Numbered from the stretch's first letter, positions 47,329-57,050 are shown. The stretch is DNA of 61,538 nt from Longimicrobiales bacterium (GCA_041579355.1 JBFGFY010000001.1:1-61538); one strand, 5' to 3'. Numbers and translations: made by a program. The notes: generated by a model not told the origin, from the letters alone.

Positions 47329-49029
47329 TCAGAAGTCTACGGAGCGTACCTTCGCGATGCCCGCACGCAAGGGGGCCCATACCGCGACCGCGGTGAGCAG
47401 GGCGGCGCCGCTCACTCCCAGCACGAGGGGCCCGGTGCCCACATACGCCTCACCACCCCGGAAGCGTGCGTCGAGGAAGAGGTACACCGGCCACGCCTCC
47501 AGGATGATCACTCCCGCGAGGTACGTAACCGCCGCCATCATGAAGAGCAGGCCACCGAAGGACGTCGGGATCTCGGCGATGTTCTCGGTCTCGTAATTCG
47601 GGTACAGGGCTCCGAATCCGAGCGCGAGCGCGGTCAGCGCGAACGTCACGCCGATCATCGTCAGCGTCGTCAACGTCAAGATGAACGGCGAGGCGTCGAG
47701 CACGACGTTCGTGACCACGATCAGCGGCAGCGCAACCACCAGGAGCGGCACGGTCCCGATCCAGTACTTCGACCAGAACAGCCGTCGTACGTCGAGCGGA
47801 GAGGAGCGCAGCAGCCACATCATCCGGCCCTCGATGGACATCTGCGGGAACACGAAGCGTGCCGCGATGGCCGCCACCACGAAGCCGGCCAGTCCGAGGT
47901 TCAGGAACGACACCACGTTGATGAGCAGGAAGGACACCTGCTCGCCCGTGTAGAGCGGGAGCACGGTGATGTTATAGACGTAGACGGCCACGAGCACGCC
48001 CAGCAGGATGAGCTGTGACCACTGCGTCGTGTCACGGAAGAAGACGCGGATCTCCTTGGCGACGATGCCGCGGGTGCTCGGCTTGGCGCGAGCGAGCACG
48101 CGCTCGAGCAGTGTCCGGCCGGAGCGGCTCGAGCGCCGGTGCGCGCCCTCCTGCGCCCGCGTGAAGCCGGCGTCGAAATAGCGGCGATGGAGCCATGCGC
48201 CGAGCACCACGCACGCGGCGGCCGTGCTCCACAGGAAGAGGAACGGGAACCACTGGAAGAAGCCGCCCAGGTACGACATCAGCGCGTCGCTCACCCACTC
48301 GCTCGGGAGCCACGGTGAGGTGGGCGTCCGGAGCACGGCGATGAAGTCCACCAGGCTGCGAAACTCCTCCGGACGCATGAGCCGCTCGGGCCGCACGAAG
48401 CGGAGCAGCGCGACGACGCCGGCCACCGCGAACAGCCCGATGAGCGCCAGCAGGTCTCGGGTCCGGCGTGCCGGGAAGAGGTTCACGAGGATGAGCGTCA
48501 CCGCGCTCCCGAGCACCGCCGGAATGACCAGGAAGGGCACGAGCGCGCCGACGGCGAGCAGGTAGTACCACCCGTCCGCGGCGTAGACGACGCCGTAGGC
48601 GAGCAAGAGCGGGATCGCCAGGAGCGCCACCATCCACGACGAGTCGACGATCGTCTCGATGAGGCGCGCGCCGTAGACGGACTCGGGCTCGACCGGCGAC
48701 GCGACGACCAGCTCGAGGTCCTCCGAGAGGAAGAAGGTCGAGAGCGCCGTGATCACGTTCGACAGGACGAGGATCATGAGGAACGTGAGAAACGCGAGCC
48801 CGAGCAGCTTTCCAGCCAGTAGGTCGCCGATCCCCTGCGTGCCGCGGAAGTAGAGCAGCATGCGGAAGATCACGGCGAAGATCAGCGCCCAGAAGAAGAA
48901 GCCTACGAAGCCCAGGAGCATGGCCTTGAAGACCCGGCCCTCGTCCGAGCGCGCACGGTTCACCTTCGTGCGCACCTTCGGCCTGAGGAGCCAGAAGAGG
49001 CCGGCCCGTCGTGCCGCTACGCCGTTCAC
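47329..49029 (-). CDS. polytopic ABC-exporter-type permease (putative ABC exporter family)
   Basis: Track ORF trimmed to GTG 49029, which overlaps the ATPase stop (GTGA). About 12 hydrophobic helices. Confidence 0.75.
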   Translation of the reverse strand: MNGVAARRAGLFWLLRPKVRTKVNRARSDEGRVFKAMLLGFVGFFFWALIFAVIFRMLLYFRGTQGIGDLLAGKLLGLAFLTFLMILVLSNVITALSTFFLSEDLELVVASPVEPESVYGARLIETIVDSSWMVALLAIPLLLAYGVVYAADGWYYLLAVGALVPFLVIPAVLGSAVTLILVNLFPARRTRDLLALIGLFAVAGVVALLRFVRPERLMRPEEFRSLVDFIAVLRTPTSPWLPSEWVSDALMSYLGGFFQWFPFLFLWSTAAACVVLGAWLHRRYFDAGFTRAQEGAHRRSSRSGRTLLERVLARAKPSTRGIVAKEIRVFFRDTTQWSQLILLGVLVAVYVYNITVLPLYTGEQVSFLLINVVSFLNLGLAGFVVAAIAARFVFPQMSIEGRMMWLLRSSPLDVRRLFWSKYWIGTVPLLVVALPLIVVTNVVLDASPFILTLTTLTMIGVTFALTALALGFGALYPNYETENIAEIPTSFGGLLFMMAAVTYLAGVIILEAWPVYLFLDARFRGGEAYVGTGPLVLGVSGAALLTAVAVWAPLRAGIAKVRSVDF

Positions 49030-49793
49030 TCCAATGCCTCGCGCAGCCCCTCGATCACGTCGGCCATGGCCTCGCCCCCGGTGACCTTCAGGAAGATCTC
49101 CTCCAGGTGGGCTCCGCCCGCGTGTGCCTGCGCCCGCAGGTCGTCCATGGTGCCGAGGGCGATGATCTCGCCCCCGCTGATGATCGCGATTCGGTCGCAC
49201 AGCGCCTCGGCGACCTCGAGCGTGTGGGTCGAGAGGAAGACCGTACCGCCGTTGCCGACGAACGTGCGGAAGAGATCCTTGAGGAGGCGGGCCGACCGCG
49301 GGTCGAGACCGACCATCGGCTCGTCGACCACGATCAGCTCGGGCTGATGAATGAGCGCCGAGCTGATGAGGATCTTCTGGCGCATGCCGTGCGAGTAGCT
49401 CTCGATGAGCTCGTCACGCCACGGCGTGAGGTGGAACAGCTCCAGCAGCCGGTCGATCCGCTCGCGAACCTCCTGGCCGTCGCGCCCCCAGAGCCCCGCC
49501 ACGAAGCGGAGGAACTCACCGCCCGACAGCTTCTCGTAGAGGTAGGGTCGGTCCGGGATGTATCCGATGCGCGACTTGGCGGCCTCCGCCTCACGCTCCA
49601 GGTCGTTGCCCCCGACCAGGACCTGGCCCGCCGTCGGGCGCAGCACTCCCGCCACCATACGGATTGTCGTCGTCTTGCCGGCACCGTTCGGCCCCAGGAA
49701 GCCGAAGATCTCGCCCCGGTGGACCGTCAGGTCGAGGCTCTTCACTGCGGTGAACTTCCCGTACCGCTTCACGACACCTCGCAGCTCGAGCAT
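49026..49793 (-). CDS. ABC transporter ATP-binding protein (ABC-2 type)
   Basis: Track ORF trimmed to ATG 49793. Walker A GPNGAGKTTT, signature-like YSHGMRQK, and Walker B LIVVDEP. Confidence 0.9.
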   Translation of the reverse strand: MLELRGVVKRYGKFTAVKSLDLTVHRGEIFGFLGPNGAGKTTTIRMVAGVLRPTAGQVLVGGNDLEREAEAAKSRIGYIPDRPYLYEKLSGGEFLRFVAGLWGRDGQEVRERIDRLLELFHLTPWRDELIESYSHGMRQKILISSALIHQPELIVVDEPMVGLDPRSARLLKDLFRTFVGNGGTVFLSTHTLEVAEALCDRIAIISGGEIIALGTMDDLRAQAHAGGAHLEEIFLKVTGGEAMADVIEGLREALE

Positions 49794-49861
49794 CTCGCCG
49801 GTCGTCCGGAGATGCTCCTCGCGGGGCGCCAATACCGCCGCCTCGCCCCCCCGTTCGGCCG

Positions 49862-51418
49862 TCACTCTGCGACCACCGAGCTGCCGATCACCTCGATGTC
49901 GAGATTGCCGATGAGGCGTACGATCTCGACCTGCTGCGCGAGTCCGCCGATGACGAAGCGGATGTGCGCCGCGTCGGCAGGATACTGTCCGAACGTCGGA
50001 TCCACGGCGACCCACTGGCCGAGCCAGACCTCGGGCCACGCATGGTAGAAGAACGAGCCGTTCAGGTAGACGAGGCCCACCGCCGTGCGCGCCGGAAGCC
50101 CGAGCGCCCGGGCGAAGGCGACGTATAGCACCGTGTGCTCGTTGCAGTCGCCTTGCAGGGTTTCGAGAACCTGGACGGCGTTGGGCACCGAGAAGGTGAT
50201 CCGTTTGTCGAGCATGTTGTAGACGGAGGTCGTGAGCTGTCGCGCGACGTCCTTGGGGCTCTGGGACCACGACGTCCTGCGCGCGGTGATCTCACGGGCC
50301 CGCCGGATGATGCGCGGGTCGTCGCTCTGGATGAGGGGCTCGGGCTCGAGTGCCGCTCGTAGGTCCATGCGTGGATACGGCAAGTCGTAGCCCGCGGTGA
50401 GCGCGTCCCAGTTCTCCCGTCGCACGATGAGCGTGTCGCCCCGGAGCGTCTGGCGACCGCCGTCGAGCTCGAACCCCGCCAGGTCCACACCGGTGAGCCG
50501 GAAGCGGAGCTCCTGGTACTCCTCGATGTCGCCGAGGTCTACGTTGCTCCGCACCGCCGTCGAGAGGATCACGTCGTCGTCGATGGGTGAGGTGGAGACC
50601 AGGCGGGCGTCCTCCTGGGCCTGTCTCGCCAGCTCGTACTCCGTCTTCTCCATGCTGAAGCCGAGCGGGCTCGAGGCACGCAGGATTCGACCGTCGGCGT
50701 CGACCCAGCTCTCGACCCGGATCCCGCCGAAGACCTCCGCGATCTTCCAGGCGGGGATCGAGTCGACCCGTGCCGACGCGAACCGGCGGGTTACGGGGTC
50801 GACCGACACGGAGTCCGTCACGAAGAGCGTGTCGTACTCGACCACATGCACCTCGACGGTGCGGGTGGAGAGACTCGTCGGATCGAAGACGGGGAGGCGT
50901 ACCGTCTGACCCACGCGCAGGGCCCCGCCCATCGCCACGCGGATCGGCACGACGCTCGCCATCACCGGCGGCTCGGGAAGACGGAAGCTCAGGTTCTGCT
51001 CACTGCCGGCGGAGACGATCGAGACGTTGAGCGTCGTGTCGGCCCCGAGCCTGCCCCTCGCCTCGAATCGTCCGACCTCGCTGTCGAGTGTGAAGGCGAA
51101 CTCCTGCATCACGAGCGCCTGATTGAGCCGCACCCGCGTGCGGGCGACCGCCACCCCCGTTTGACCGAGCGCGGGGAGCTCGAGGTTCATGAGGTCTTCG
51201 AGCTCGAACCCGTCCGGGAGCGTGTCGAGCCGGGAGGTCGCCTGGCCGACGGTACGGTCGCCCATGCGCAACGTGTAGAAGTTGATCCCCGGCGCGAGAC
51301 CCCGCGCCGCCTCTGCGAGGCGCGTCAGCTCCGGCTGGAAGTACTCGGAGCGGAACTGCCAGCCGACCATGCCCAGCCACGAGAGCACGATCGCGAAGGC
51401 CAAGACTCGCTTACCCAT
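49862..51418 (-). CDS. membrane-anchored transglutaminase-like domain protein
   Basis: N-terminal TM (VLAFAIVLSWLGMVGW). C-terminal core LQGDCNEHTVLYVAFARALG (Cys), FFYHAWPEVW (His) and VAVDPTFG (Asp). Confidence 0.8.
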   Translation of the reverse strand: MGKRVLAFAIVLSWLGMVGWQFRSEYFQPELTRLAEAARGLAPGINFYTLRMGDRTVGQATSRLDTLPDGFELEDLMNLELPALGQTGVAVARTRVRLNQALVMQEFAFTLDSEVGRFEARGRLGADTTLNVSIVSAGSEQNLSFRLPEPPVMASVVPIRVAMGGALRVGQTVRLPVFDPTSLSTRTVEVHVVEYDTLFVTDSVSVDPVTRRFASARVDSIPAWKIAEVFGGIRVESWVDADGRILRASSPLGFSMEKTEYELARQAQEDARLVSTSPIDDDVILSTAVRSNVDLGDIEEYQELRFRLTGVDLAGFELDGGRQTLRGDTLIVRRENWDALTAGYDLPYPRMDLRAALEPEPLIQSDDPRIIRRAREITARRTSWSQSPKDVARQLTTSVYNMLDKRITFSVPNAVQVLETLQGDCNEHTVLYVAFARALGLPARTAVGLVYLNGSFFYHAWPEVWLGQWVAVDPTFGQYPADAAHIRFVIGGLAQQVEIVRLIGNLDIEVIGSSVVAE

Positions 51419-51559
51419 CCTGCATGTGCTCCTCCGAGAGCGGTGCGGCCCGGCAGGTGCCGACCCTGTCTAAAGTTGTCGCACCCGCCGAGGAGCAAAA
51501 TAGTCTCGTATCCCCGGTCCCGTGTTTCAGAGTGTTGCGACCGTCCGCGGAGGCCGGGA

Positions 51560-52084
51560 CTAGTTCCGCGCCGCGCTGCGGGCGCGCGACATCTCCTCTA
51601 CGAGGCGCGTGAAGAGGTCGGACTCGTAGTCGGAGGTAACCACGATGGTCAGGTCGCGTGGGGGGAGGCCTTCGTCGAGGTGGTTGAAGAGGATCTCCAC
51701 TTGAGCCCTGGCCGCGATCTCGGGATCCGCCGCGCCGACCGCCAAGCCGAAGGGTGGCAGCGCCAGGCTGCCCAGGCCCCAATCCGAGGCCCGGCGCAGG
51801 CCGTTCCTGAGCGCACGCTGCACCGAGAGCGCCGTCGCCGGCTCCTCCTCCGACATCACGACCGCGTGAATCAGGAAGGGGCAGGGCAGGAGCCCGGCCG
51901 GCGTGAGCACCGCGCCACCTACCGGAAGCAGCCCCATGCGAGCGAGCCGCTCCTGGAGCTCGAAGCCCGCCACGAGCACTAGATCGCGCGAGGCGGCGCT
52001 CACCGGCGCCAGATCGGAGCGGGCCGGTCGCATGACGCCGTCCACACGCTGCTCGGAGATATCGCCCAGGAGGACGCGGATCAC
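51560..52084 (-). CDS. divergent macro-domain-like protein
   Basis: Overall macro-fold pattern (LLGDISEQRVDGV.., PVGGAVLTPAG.., FLIHAVV, SLALPPFG). The usual NAAN..GGG ligand-binding motifs are not recognisable. Confidence 0.55.
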   Translation of the reverse strand: MIRVLLGDISEQRVDGVMRPARSDLAPVSAASRDLVLVAGFELQERLARMGLLPVGGAVLTPAGLLPCPFLIHAVVMSEEEPATALSVQRALRNGLRRASDWGLGSLALPPFGLAVGAADPEIAARAQVEILFNHLDEGLPPRDLTIVVTSDYESDLFTRLVEEMSRARSAARN

Positions 52085-53229
52085 CGGCTCTGCAGACGCC
52101 GGGCCTGACGATACATCTCCGCCGCCTCCTCCGCTTGGTGCTTCCTGTCGTACAGATGTCCGAGGGTGTAGTAGGGACGTGGATCGTTCGGGAGCAGGAG
52201 CTTCGCCCGTTCCATGGCCTGGTACGCTTCCTCGAAGCGGCCCAGCCGGTTGAGCGCCTCACCCCGGTAGTAGAAGGCCGACCCCTCGTCGCGGTCGCGC
52301 GCACACACCCACCGCAGCTCCGTCTCCGCCTCGGCGTAGAGGCCACGGCGGAAATAGAGGATACCCACGGCGAGTCGAACGCTCAGGCTTTCCGCGTCGA
52401 TCCTCTGCGCGCGCCGGAGGAGCGCCTCCGCCTGGTCGTAGCGGGCCACTGAGCTGAGCGTCGAGGCGAAGTTGACGAGTACCTCGACGTTGTCCGGCGC
52501 GATCTGCTCGGCTGCCTCGAAGTGCTCGAGCGCTGCCGGATACTGCCGCAGCTCGTCGAAGAGCACGCCGAGGTTGTTGTGAGCCTTCAGGTTCTGGGGG
52601 TTCACCGTGAGGATCCCGAGGTACAGCTGAATGGCCTCGTGGACGCGACCCTGCTGAACCAGCTCCTTGGCTCTCGCCAGCGGCTCGCCCGCGGGGCGGA
52701 CCGCGGCTGCGGCGTGGTCCCAGGCCGACTCATGGTGGTCTTGGCCGTTCGGCGCCGCCGCCGTGTCCCCGTCCGGGCTCACGGCCTCACCGTCGACCGG
52801 ACGGAGCGGCGCCCGGCGCCCGACGGCGCGCGCCCACCGCTCGGCGAAGTCCCGGCCGAGCGCCACGTCGGGCGCCGCTGCCGGGCTCCCGGTGGGGGAT
52901 GCGGCGGGGGTCCCCTGGGCGCGGACCTCCTGCGGCTCCGCCTTGGGCACCTCCGACTTCCCCGTGTCCGCCCGCCCCCCACCCGCCTGTCGCTCGTCCG
53001 ACGGTTGTAGGTCCAGCGGCGGCGCGTCCCGCTCGGATTCCGTCCGGCCCGCGACGGCACTCTCGGCTGGAGGGCTACGATCCGGGACGGCCGGCGCGGC
53101 CGGCCCGGGCGACCCGGGCGGCTCGCTCTCCTCCGCTTCGCCCGGGAGCTCCTCGGCGGCGAGTAGCTCCACCTGGAGCGCCTCCGCCTCTCGCTGCCTG
53201 CGACGCCTCCGCTTGCGGCTACGTCCCAT
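52081..53229 (-). CDS. TPR-repeat protein with a long charged, low-complexity N-terminus
   Basis: Track ORF trimmed to ATG 53229 (MGRSRKRRRRRQREAE..). The C-terminal approximately 200 aa are canonical TPRs (AHNNLGVLFDELRQYPAALEHFEAA..). Confidence 0.75.
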   Translation of the reverse strand: MGRSRKRRRRRQREAEALQVELLAAEELPGEAEESEPPGSPGPAAPAVPDRSPPAESAVAGRTESERDAPPLDLQPSDERQAGGGRADTGKSEVPKAEPQEVRAQGTPAASPTGSPAAAPDVALGRDFAERWARAVGRRAPLRPVDGEAVSPDGDTAAAPNGQDHHESAWDHAAAAVRPAGEPLARAKELVQQGRVHEAIQLYLGILTVNPQNLKAHNNLGVLFDELRQYPAALEHFEAAEQIAPDNVEVLVNFASTLSSVARYDQAEALLRRAQRIDAESLSVRLAVGILYFRRGLYAEAETELRWVCARDRDEGSAFYYRGEALNRLGRFEEAYQAMERAKLLLPNDPRPYYTLGHLYDRKHQAEEAAEMYRQARRLQSR

Positions 53230-53563
53230 GTCGGCCGACCTCGGCGCGCACCCAGCCCAGGTACGGGGCATGCCCGCGCTCGATCGGGAAGGCGAGGAGC
53301 TCCGGCACCTCATAGGGGTGCAGCTCGGCCAGGCGCCGCCCGAGCGCGTCTACCGCCGCCGCCGTCGTCTTCAGGATGACGAGCACCTCACTCTCCCGCT
53401 GAACTTCACCCTGCCACCGGAAGATCGACGTTACGCCCGGAACGACGTTGGCGCACGCCGCGAGGCGCTCATCGACCAGGGCGCCCCCGATCCGCTCGGC
53501 GACCTCGACGCTCGGCGCGGTGGTGAGCGCGACCATCACCTGGCCGCTGGCTGTGTCGGTCAT
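53219..53563 (-). CDS. cutA: divalent-cation tolerance protein CutA
   Basis: VALTTAPS..AERIGGALVDERLAACANVVPGVTSIFRWQGEV..E..LILKT is typical of CutA1. Confidence 0.85.
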   Translation of the reverse strand: MTDTASGQVMVALTTAPSVEVAERIGGALVDERLAACANVVPGVTSIFRWQGEVQRESEVLVILKTTAAAVDALGRRLAELHPYEVPELLAFPIERGHAPYLGWVRAEVGRHGT

Positions 53564-55398
53564 CGGGCTGCGTCGACCGCCTCCTCCTCGTACAGCTCGT
53601 CGATCACGGAATCGAGTCGCTCGTGCACCACGCGTCGCGTCACTTTCAGGCTCGGGGTGAGGAAGCCGTTCTCGACCGTGAGGTCCTCGGCGAGTAGCGC
53701 GATCTTCTTCGGGCGCTCGTAGGAAGCCAGGTCCCCGAGGGTGCCGAGCACCTGCTCCTCGACGTACTCGACAACGCGCCGATCGCGCACGAGCTGGTCA
53801 CGGCTCTCGAAGCGGACGCCGTTGGCGTCCGCCCACGCCTCGAGCTTGTCGAACGCCGGCACGATCAGGAGGCTGCAGAACTTCCTGCGGTCGCCAATCA
53901 TCACGACCTGCTCGACGAGCGGATGCGTCTTGAGGCGGTTCTCGATGGGCTGGGGTGCGACGTTCTTCCCGCCCGCCGTCACGATGATGTCCTTCTTCCG
54001 GTCGGTGATCTTGAGGAAGCCCTCCCCGTCCAGCTCACCGATGTCACCGGTCGCGAACCACCCCTCGGCGTCGATCGCTTCCGCGGTCGCGTCGCGACGG
54101 TTGTAGTAGCCCTTCATCACCTGGGGACCGCGCACGAGGATCTCGCCGTCCTCCGCGATCTTGATCTCGGTGCCGGGCAAAGGCTTGCCAACGGACCCGA
54201 TCCGGAAGTCTTCGAGCGTGTTCACGTTCGTGACCGGGCTCGTCTCGGTGAGGCCGTACCCCTCCAGGATCGTCAGCCCGATCGAATAGAAGAACCGGTT
54301 GAGCACCGGCGCGAGCGGCCCACCTCCGCTCACGAAGAAGCGGAGGCGTCCCCCGACGGCGTTCTTCACCTTGGAGAAGACGAGCCGGTCGGCGACGGAG
54401 TATTGGAGCGCCAGGAGCCCGGTCGGCTCACGGCCCGCCAGGCGGAGGTCCGCGACCCGGTCGGCGACGCCGACCGCCCAGTCGATGAGCGCCTTCTTGA
54501 TCCCCGACGCCTGCATGACGCCGTTGTAGATCTTCTCGTAGACACGGGGAACGGACACCACGACGGTCGGTCGGATCACCTTCATGTCGGCGACGAGCGT
54601 GTCCATCGATCGTGGATAGGCGATCGTGCACCCCACCCAGAAGAAGAAGTAGTCGACCATCCTCTGCAGGATGTGGGAGAGGGGCAGGAAGCTCACCGTG
54701 CTGTCCGTGTCGCCGACGGGATGCACCATCGCACTCGCCCGAACGTTCGACGCGATGTTGTTGTGCGTGAGCATGACCCCCTTCGGGTCCCCCGTGGTGC
54801 CCGAGGTGTAGAGCACGGTCGCCACGTCGTCCGGCTTGGTGCTCATGGCCGCCGCGCGGAAGTCGGCGTCCTTCCAGGCCGCCGCCCGCTCGGCTCCCGT
54901 CGCCAGGAAACCGGTCCAAGACGTGACCCCCTCCCGCTTCTCCTCCGACGCATCGAACACCACGACGTCGACCTTCAGGTTGCGCTCGCGTGCCGCCTCC
55001 ACGGCCTTGTCGGCCTGCTCGGACGTGGAGGCGAGGACCAACCCCGCACCCGAGTCTTCGAGGAGGTAGCCGACCTGCTTCGCGGTCAGGGTCGTGTAGA
55101 CGGGTACGTCCAGGACACCCGCGCACAGACATCCCCAGTCCGCCAGCGACCACTCGGGGCGGTTCTCCGAGAGAATGGCAACCCGGTCACCCCGAGCGAT
55201 GCCGCTTGCTTCGAGGGCGGCCACCACCTGCTTCACGATGGCTAGGGCCTGCCGGTACGAGATGCTCTCGAGGGTGTCCGGTGAAGAGAGCCTCTGGAGC
55301 GCGGCACGATCGCCGTGGCGGTCGACGGCCTCGAAGAAAAGCTCGACGAGCGTAGACTCGGGCACCGGGCGCCGGTCGACCGCGTACGTGCTCGCCAC
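53560..55398 (-). CDS. long-chain-fatty-acid--CoA ligase (AMP-dependent synthetase)
   Basis: AMP-binding motif LYTSGTTGDPKGVMLTHNN, plus GYGLTETS and TGDIG. Start set to GTG 55398, preceded by GAGGAGGAG. Confidence 0.9.
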   Translation of the reverse strand: MASTYAVDRRPVPESTLVELFFEAVDRHGDRAALQRLSSPDTLESISYRQALAIVKQVVAALEASGIARGDRVAILSENRPEWSLADWGCLCAGVLDVPVYTTLTAKQVGYLLEDSGAGLVLASTSEQADKAVEAARERNLKVDVVVFDASEEKREGVTSWTGFLATGAERAAAWKDADFRAAAMSTKPDDVATVLYTSGTTGDPKGVMLTHNNIASNVRASAMVHPVGDTDSTVSFLPLSHILQRMVDYFFFWVGCTIAYPRSMDTLVADMKVIRPTVVVSVPRVYEKIYNGVMQASGIKKALIDWAVGVADRVADLRLAGREPTGLLALQYSVADRLVFSKVKNAVGGRLRFFVSGGGPLAPVLNRFFYSIGLTILEGYGLTETSPVTNVNTLEDFRIGSVGKPLPGTEIKIAEDGEILVRGPQVMKGYYNRRDATAEAIDAEGWFATGDIGELDGEGFLKITDRKKDIIVTAGGKNVAPQPIENRLKTHPLVEQVVMIGDRRKFCSLLIVPAFDKLEAWADANGVRFESRDQLVRDRRVVEYVEEQVLGTLGDLASYERPKKIALLAEDLTVENGFLTPSLKVTRRVVHERLDSVIDELYEEEAVDAAR

Positions 55399-55408
55399 CT
55401 CTCCTCCT

Positions 55409-55834
55409 CTACGGGCTCTCCCCACGAACCCGGAGATCGATCTGGATTCCGGGATCGAGGGAGTGTAGCACGCTGCAGTACTTGTCGCGCGAGAGGTCGA
55501 GCGCGCGCTGGACTTTCTTCGCGTCGACGTCGCGGGGTCCCTTTACGTCGTACGTCAGCGTGATCGAGACGAACCTTCGCGGGATGCTCTCGGCGCGCAC
55601 CCCCTGCGCCTCCACTTCGATGGACTCGACGGGCACCCGCGACTTTTCGAGGATGAGCTTCACGTCCACGGCCATGCACCCCGCGAGGGCGAGCAGGAGC
55701 GTGTGCGTGGGAGACGGCCCCTGGGTCGCGTCACTGTCGATGGTGATCTCCGGGCCGCCGTCGGGCCCGCCGTGGAAGACCAGTCCTTCCCCGGCCCAAC
55801 GGAGTCGGACCTGGCGAACGTTCGGAGCGTTCAT
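55409..55834 (-). CDS. OsmC-family peroxiredoxin-like protein
   Basis: The LLLALAGCMAVD context and a second Cys (DKYCSV) are typical of OsmC/Ohr-family proteins. Confidence 0.85.
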   Translation of the reverse strand: MNAPNVRQVRLRWAGEGLVFHGGPDGGPEITIDSDATQGPSPTHTLLLALAGCMAVDVKLILEKSRVPVESIEVEAQGVRAESIPRRFVSITLTYDVKGPRDVDAKKVQRALDLSRDKYCSVLHSLDPGIQIDLRVRGESP

Positions 55835-55844
55835 CGGCGCGCGG

Positions 55845-56282
55845 TCAGATCGGCTCCGAGGAGCCGTGACCGTGCTCTTCCCGGAGCTGTGCGAGGGTAA
55901 AGCGGGCGTGCTCTACGTGCGCCCCGGAATCGGGGCTCCTGGGTGCGCTCGCGAGGAAGGCCTCGAGGTGCCGGATCGACTCGTCGGTCCTGTCCGTCTT
56001 GAGCAGGATGAAGGCGAGCCCGTAATGCGCGCCGGCGGCGTTCGGGTCTTTCTGGAGCACGTGCCGGTACGTCTTCGCCGCTTCCTCGGTCATGCCGATG
56101 CGCGTGTAGCAGATCGCGATCTGCTGCAGCACGATGACGTCGCCCGGCGACGCTTTGAGGGCCAGGCGAAAGGAAGTGAGCGCCTCGTGGAACTTTCCAT
56201 TCGCGAGCAGCTCGGCTCCCTCCTCGTAGTAGTCGACGGGTTTGGGAGTATCGCTGCCGAGAAGCTTCTTCCAGAACGCCAT
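55845..56282 (-). CDS. small TPR-repeat protein
   Basis: Track ORF trimmed to ATG 56282 (MAFWKKLLG..). TPR consensus, e.g. GAELLANGKFHEALTSFRLALKASP. Confidence 0.7.
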   Translation of the reverse strand: MAFWKKLLGSDTPKPVDYYEEGAELLANGKFHEALTSFRLALKASPGDVIVLQQIAICYTRIGMTEEAAKTYRHVLQKDPNAAGAHYGLAFILLKTDRTDESIRHLEAFLASAPRSPDSGAHVEHARFTLAQLREEHGHGSSEPI

Positions 56283-56385
56283 GCGGACGGGTTGGATGGG
56301 GCGTCGAAAGCCAGGTGCGGCGCACGCGCGCGGACGTTCCTTGGCTCGCGAGAAGGTAGACGAGCGCGGTATGGGCACGCAACGC

Positions 56386-57033
56386 TCAACCCCTTGCAGC
56401 TACGACCGTTTCGGCCTCTTGGGCCAACACTTTCAAGCCGCGCTCTTCGAGCACGTCGGCCGTCCCCGCGGCTGCGCGCACCACGACCACGCGTGCCCTG
56501 GCATGCACGACGCGTGCCGCCTCGACGAGCAACGCCTTGCCCAGGCGTCCGTCCAGCGCCACCCCGCGCAAGCTCGCCGTGAAGAATGGGAGCCCCGGCG
56601 CGGCCGCGACGCGGCTGACCTCGGGAGTCTCCGGCCAGCTTCGCAGGTCCGGATCGACCGCCACCACGCGCGCTTCGGGGAGCGCGTCGGCGACGGAACG
56701 CGCGAGACGAGCGGGCTCTCCGACCAGCGCGATGGTACCGGGTCCGCCCACTACGCCGAGCAGCGCTACCAGGCGCTCCGCGCTCTCGTCGGGAGCCGTG
56801 CCCGGGACCGCGTCCGGGGGCGCGGGTCCCGCGTAGCCCGGCCCGAGCTCGCCGCGAGGAGGTGCGCGCAAGTCTGCGAAACCGTCCACCACGGCGAAGG
56901 AGTCCCGGCAGTTCGGGCACCCCAGAGCCCCGTCGAGGACGAGGCGGTCGCGCTGCCGGTCGGCCCGCAGGATGAGCCCGAACGTCGGGCCACAGCGCGG
57001 ACAGGAGAGCCGATCGGTGAGGAGCAGGTGCAC
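56386..57033 (-). CDS. Trm112-like zinc-ribbon fused to a methyltransferase-like Rossmann domain (hypothetical)
   Basis: Track ORF overlaps queD, so it is trimmed to GTG 57033. LSCPRCG..LGCPNCRDSFAVVDGFADL resembles Trm112/DUF343. The C-terminal domain has a Rossmann-like pattern without a clear GxGxG. Confidence 0.5.
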   Translation of the reverse strand: MHLLLTDRLSCPRCGPTFGLILRADRQRDRLVLDGALGCPNCRDSFAVVDGFADLRAPPRGELGPGYAGPAPPDAVPGTAPDESAERLVALLGVVGGPGTIALVGEPARLARSVADALPEARVVAVDPDLRSWPETPEVSRVAAAPGLPFFTASLRGVALDGRLGKALLVEAARVVHARARVVVVRAAAGTADVLEERGLKVLAQEAETVVAARG

Positions 57034-57050
57034 TTCGGGGCGCCGTGGGC

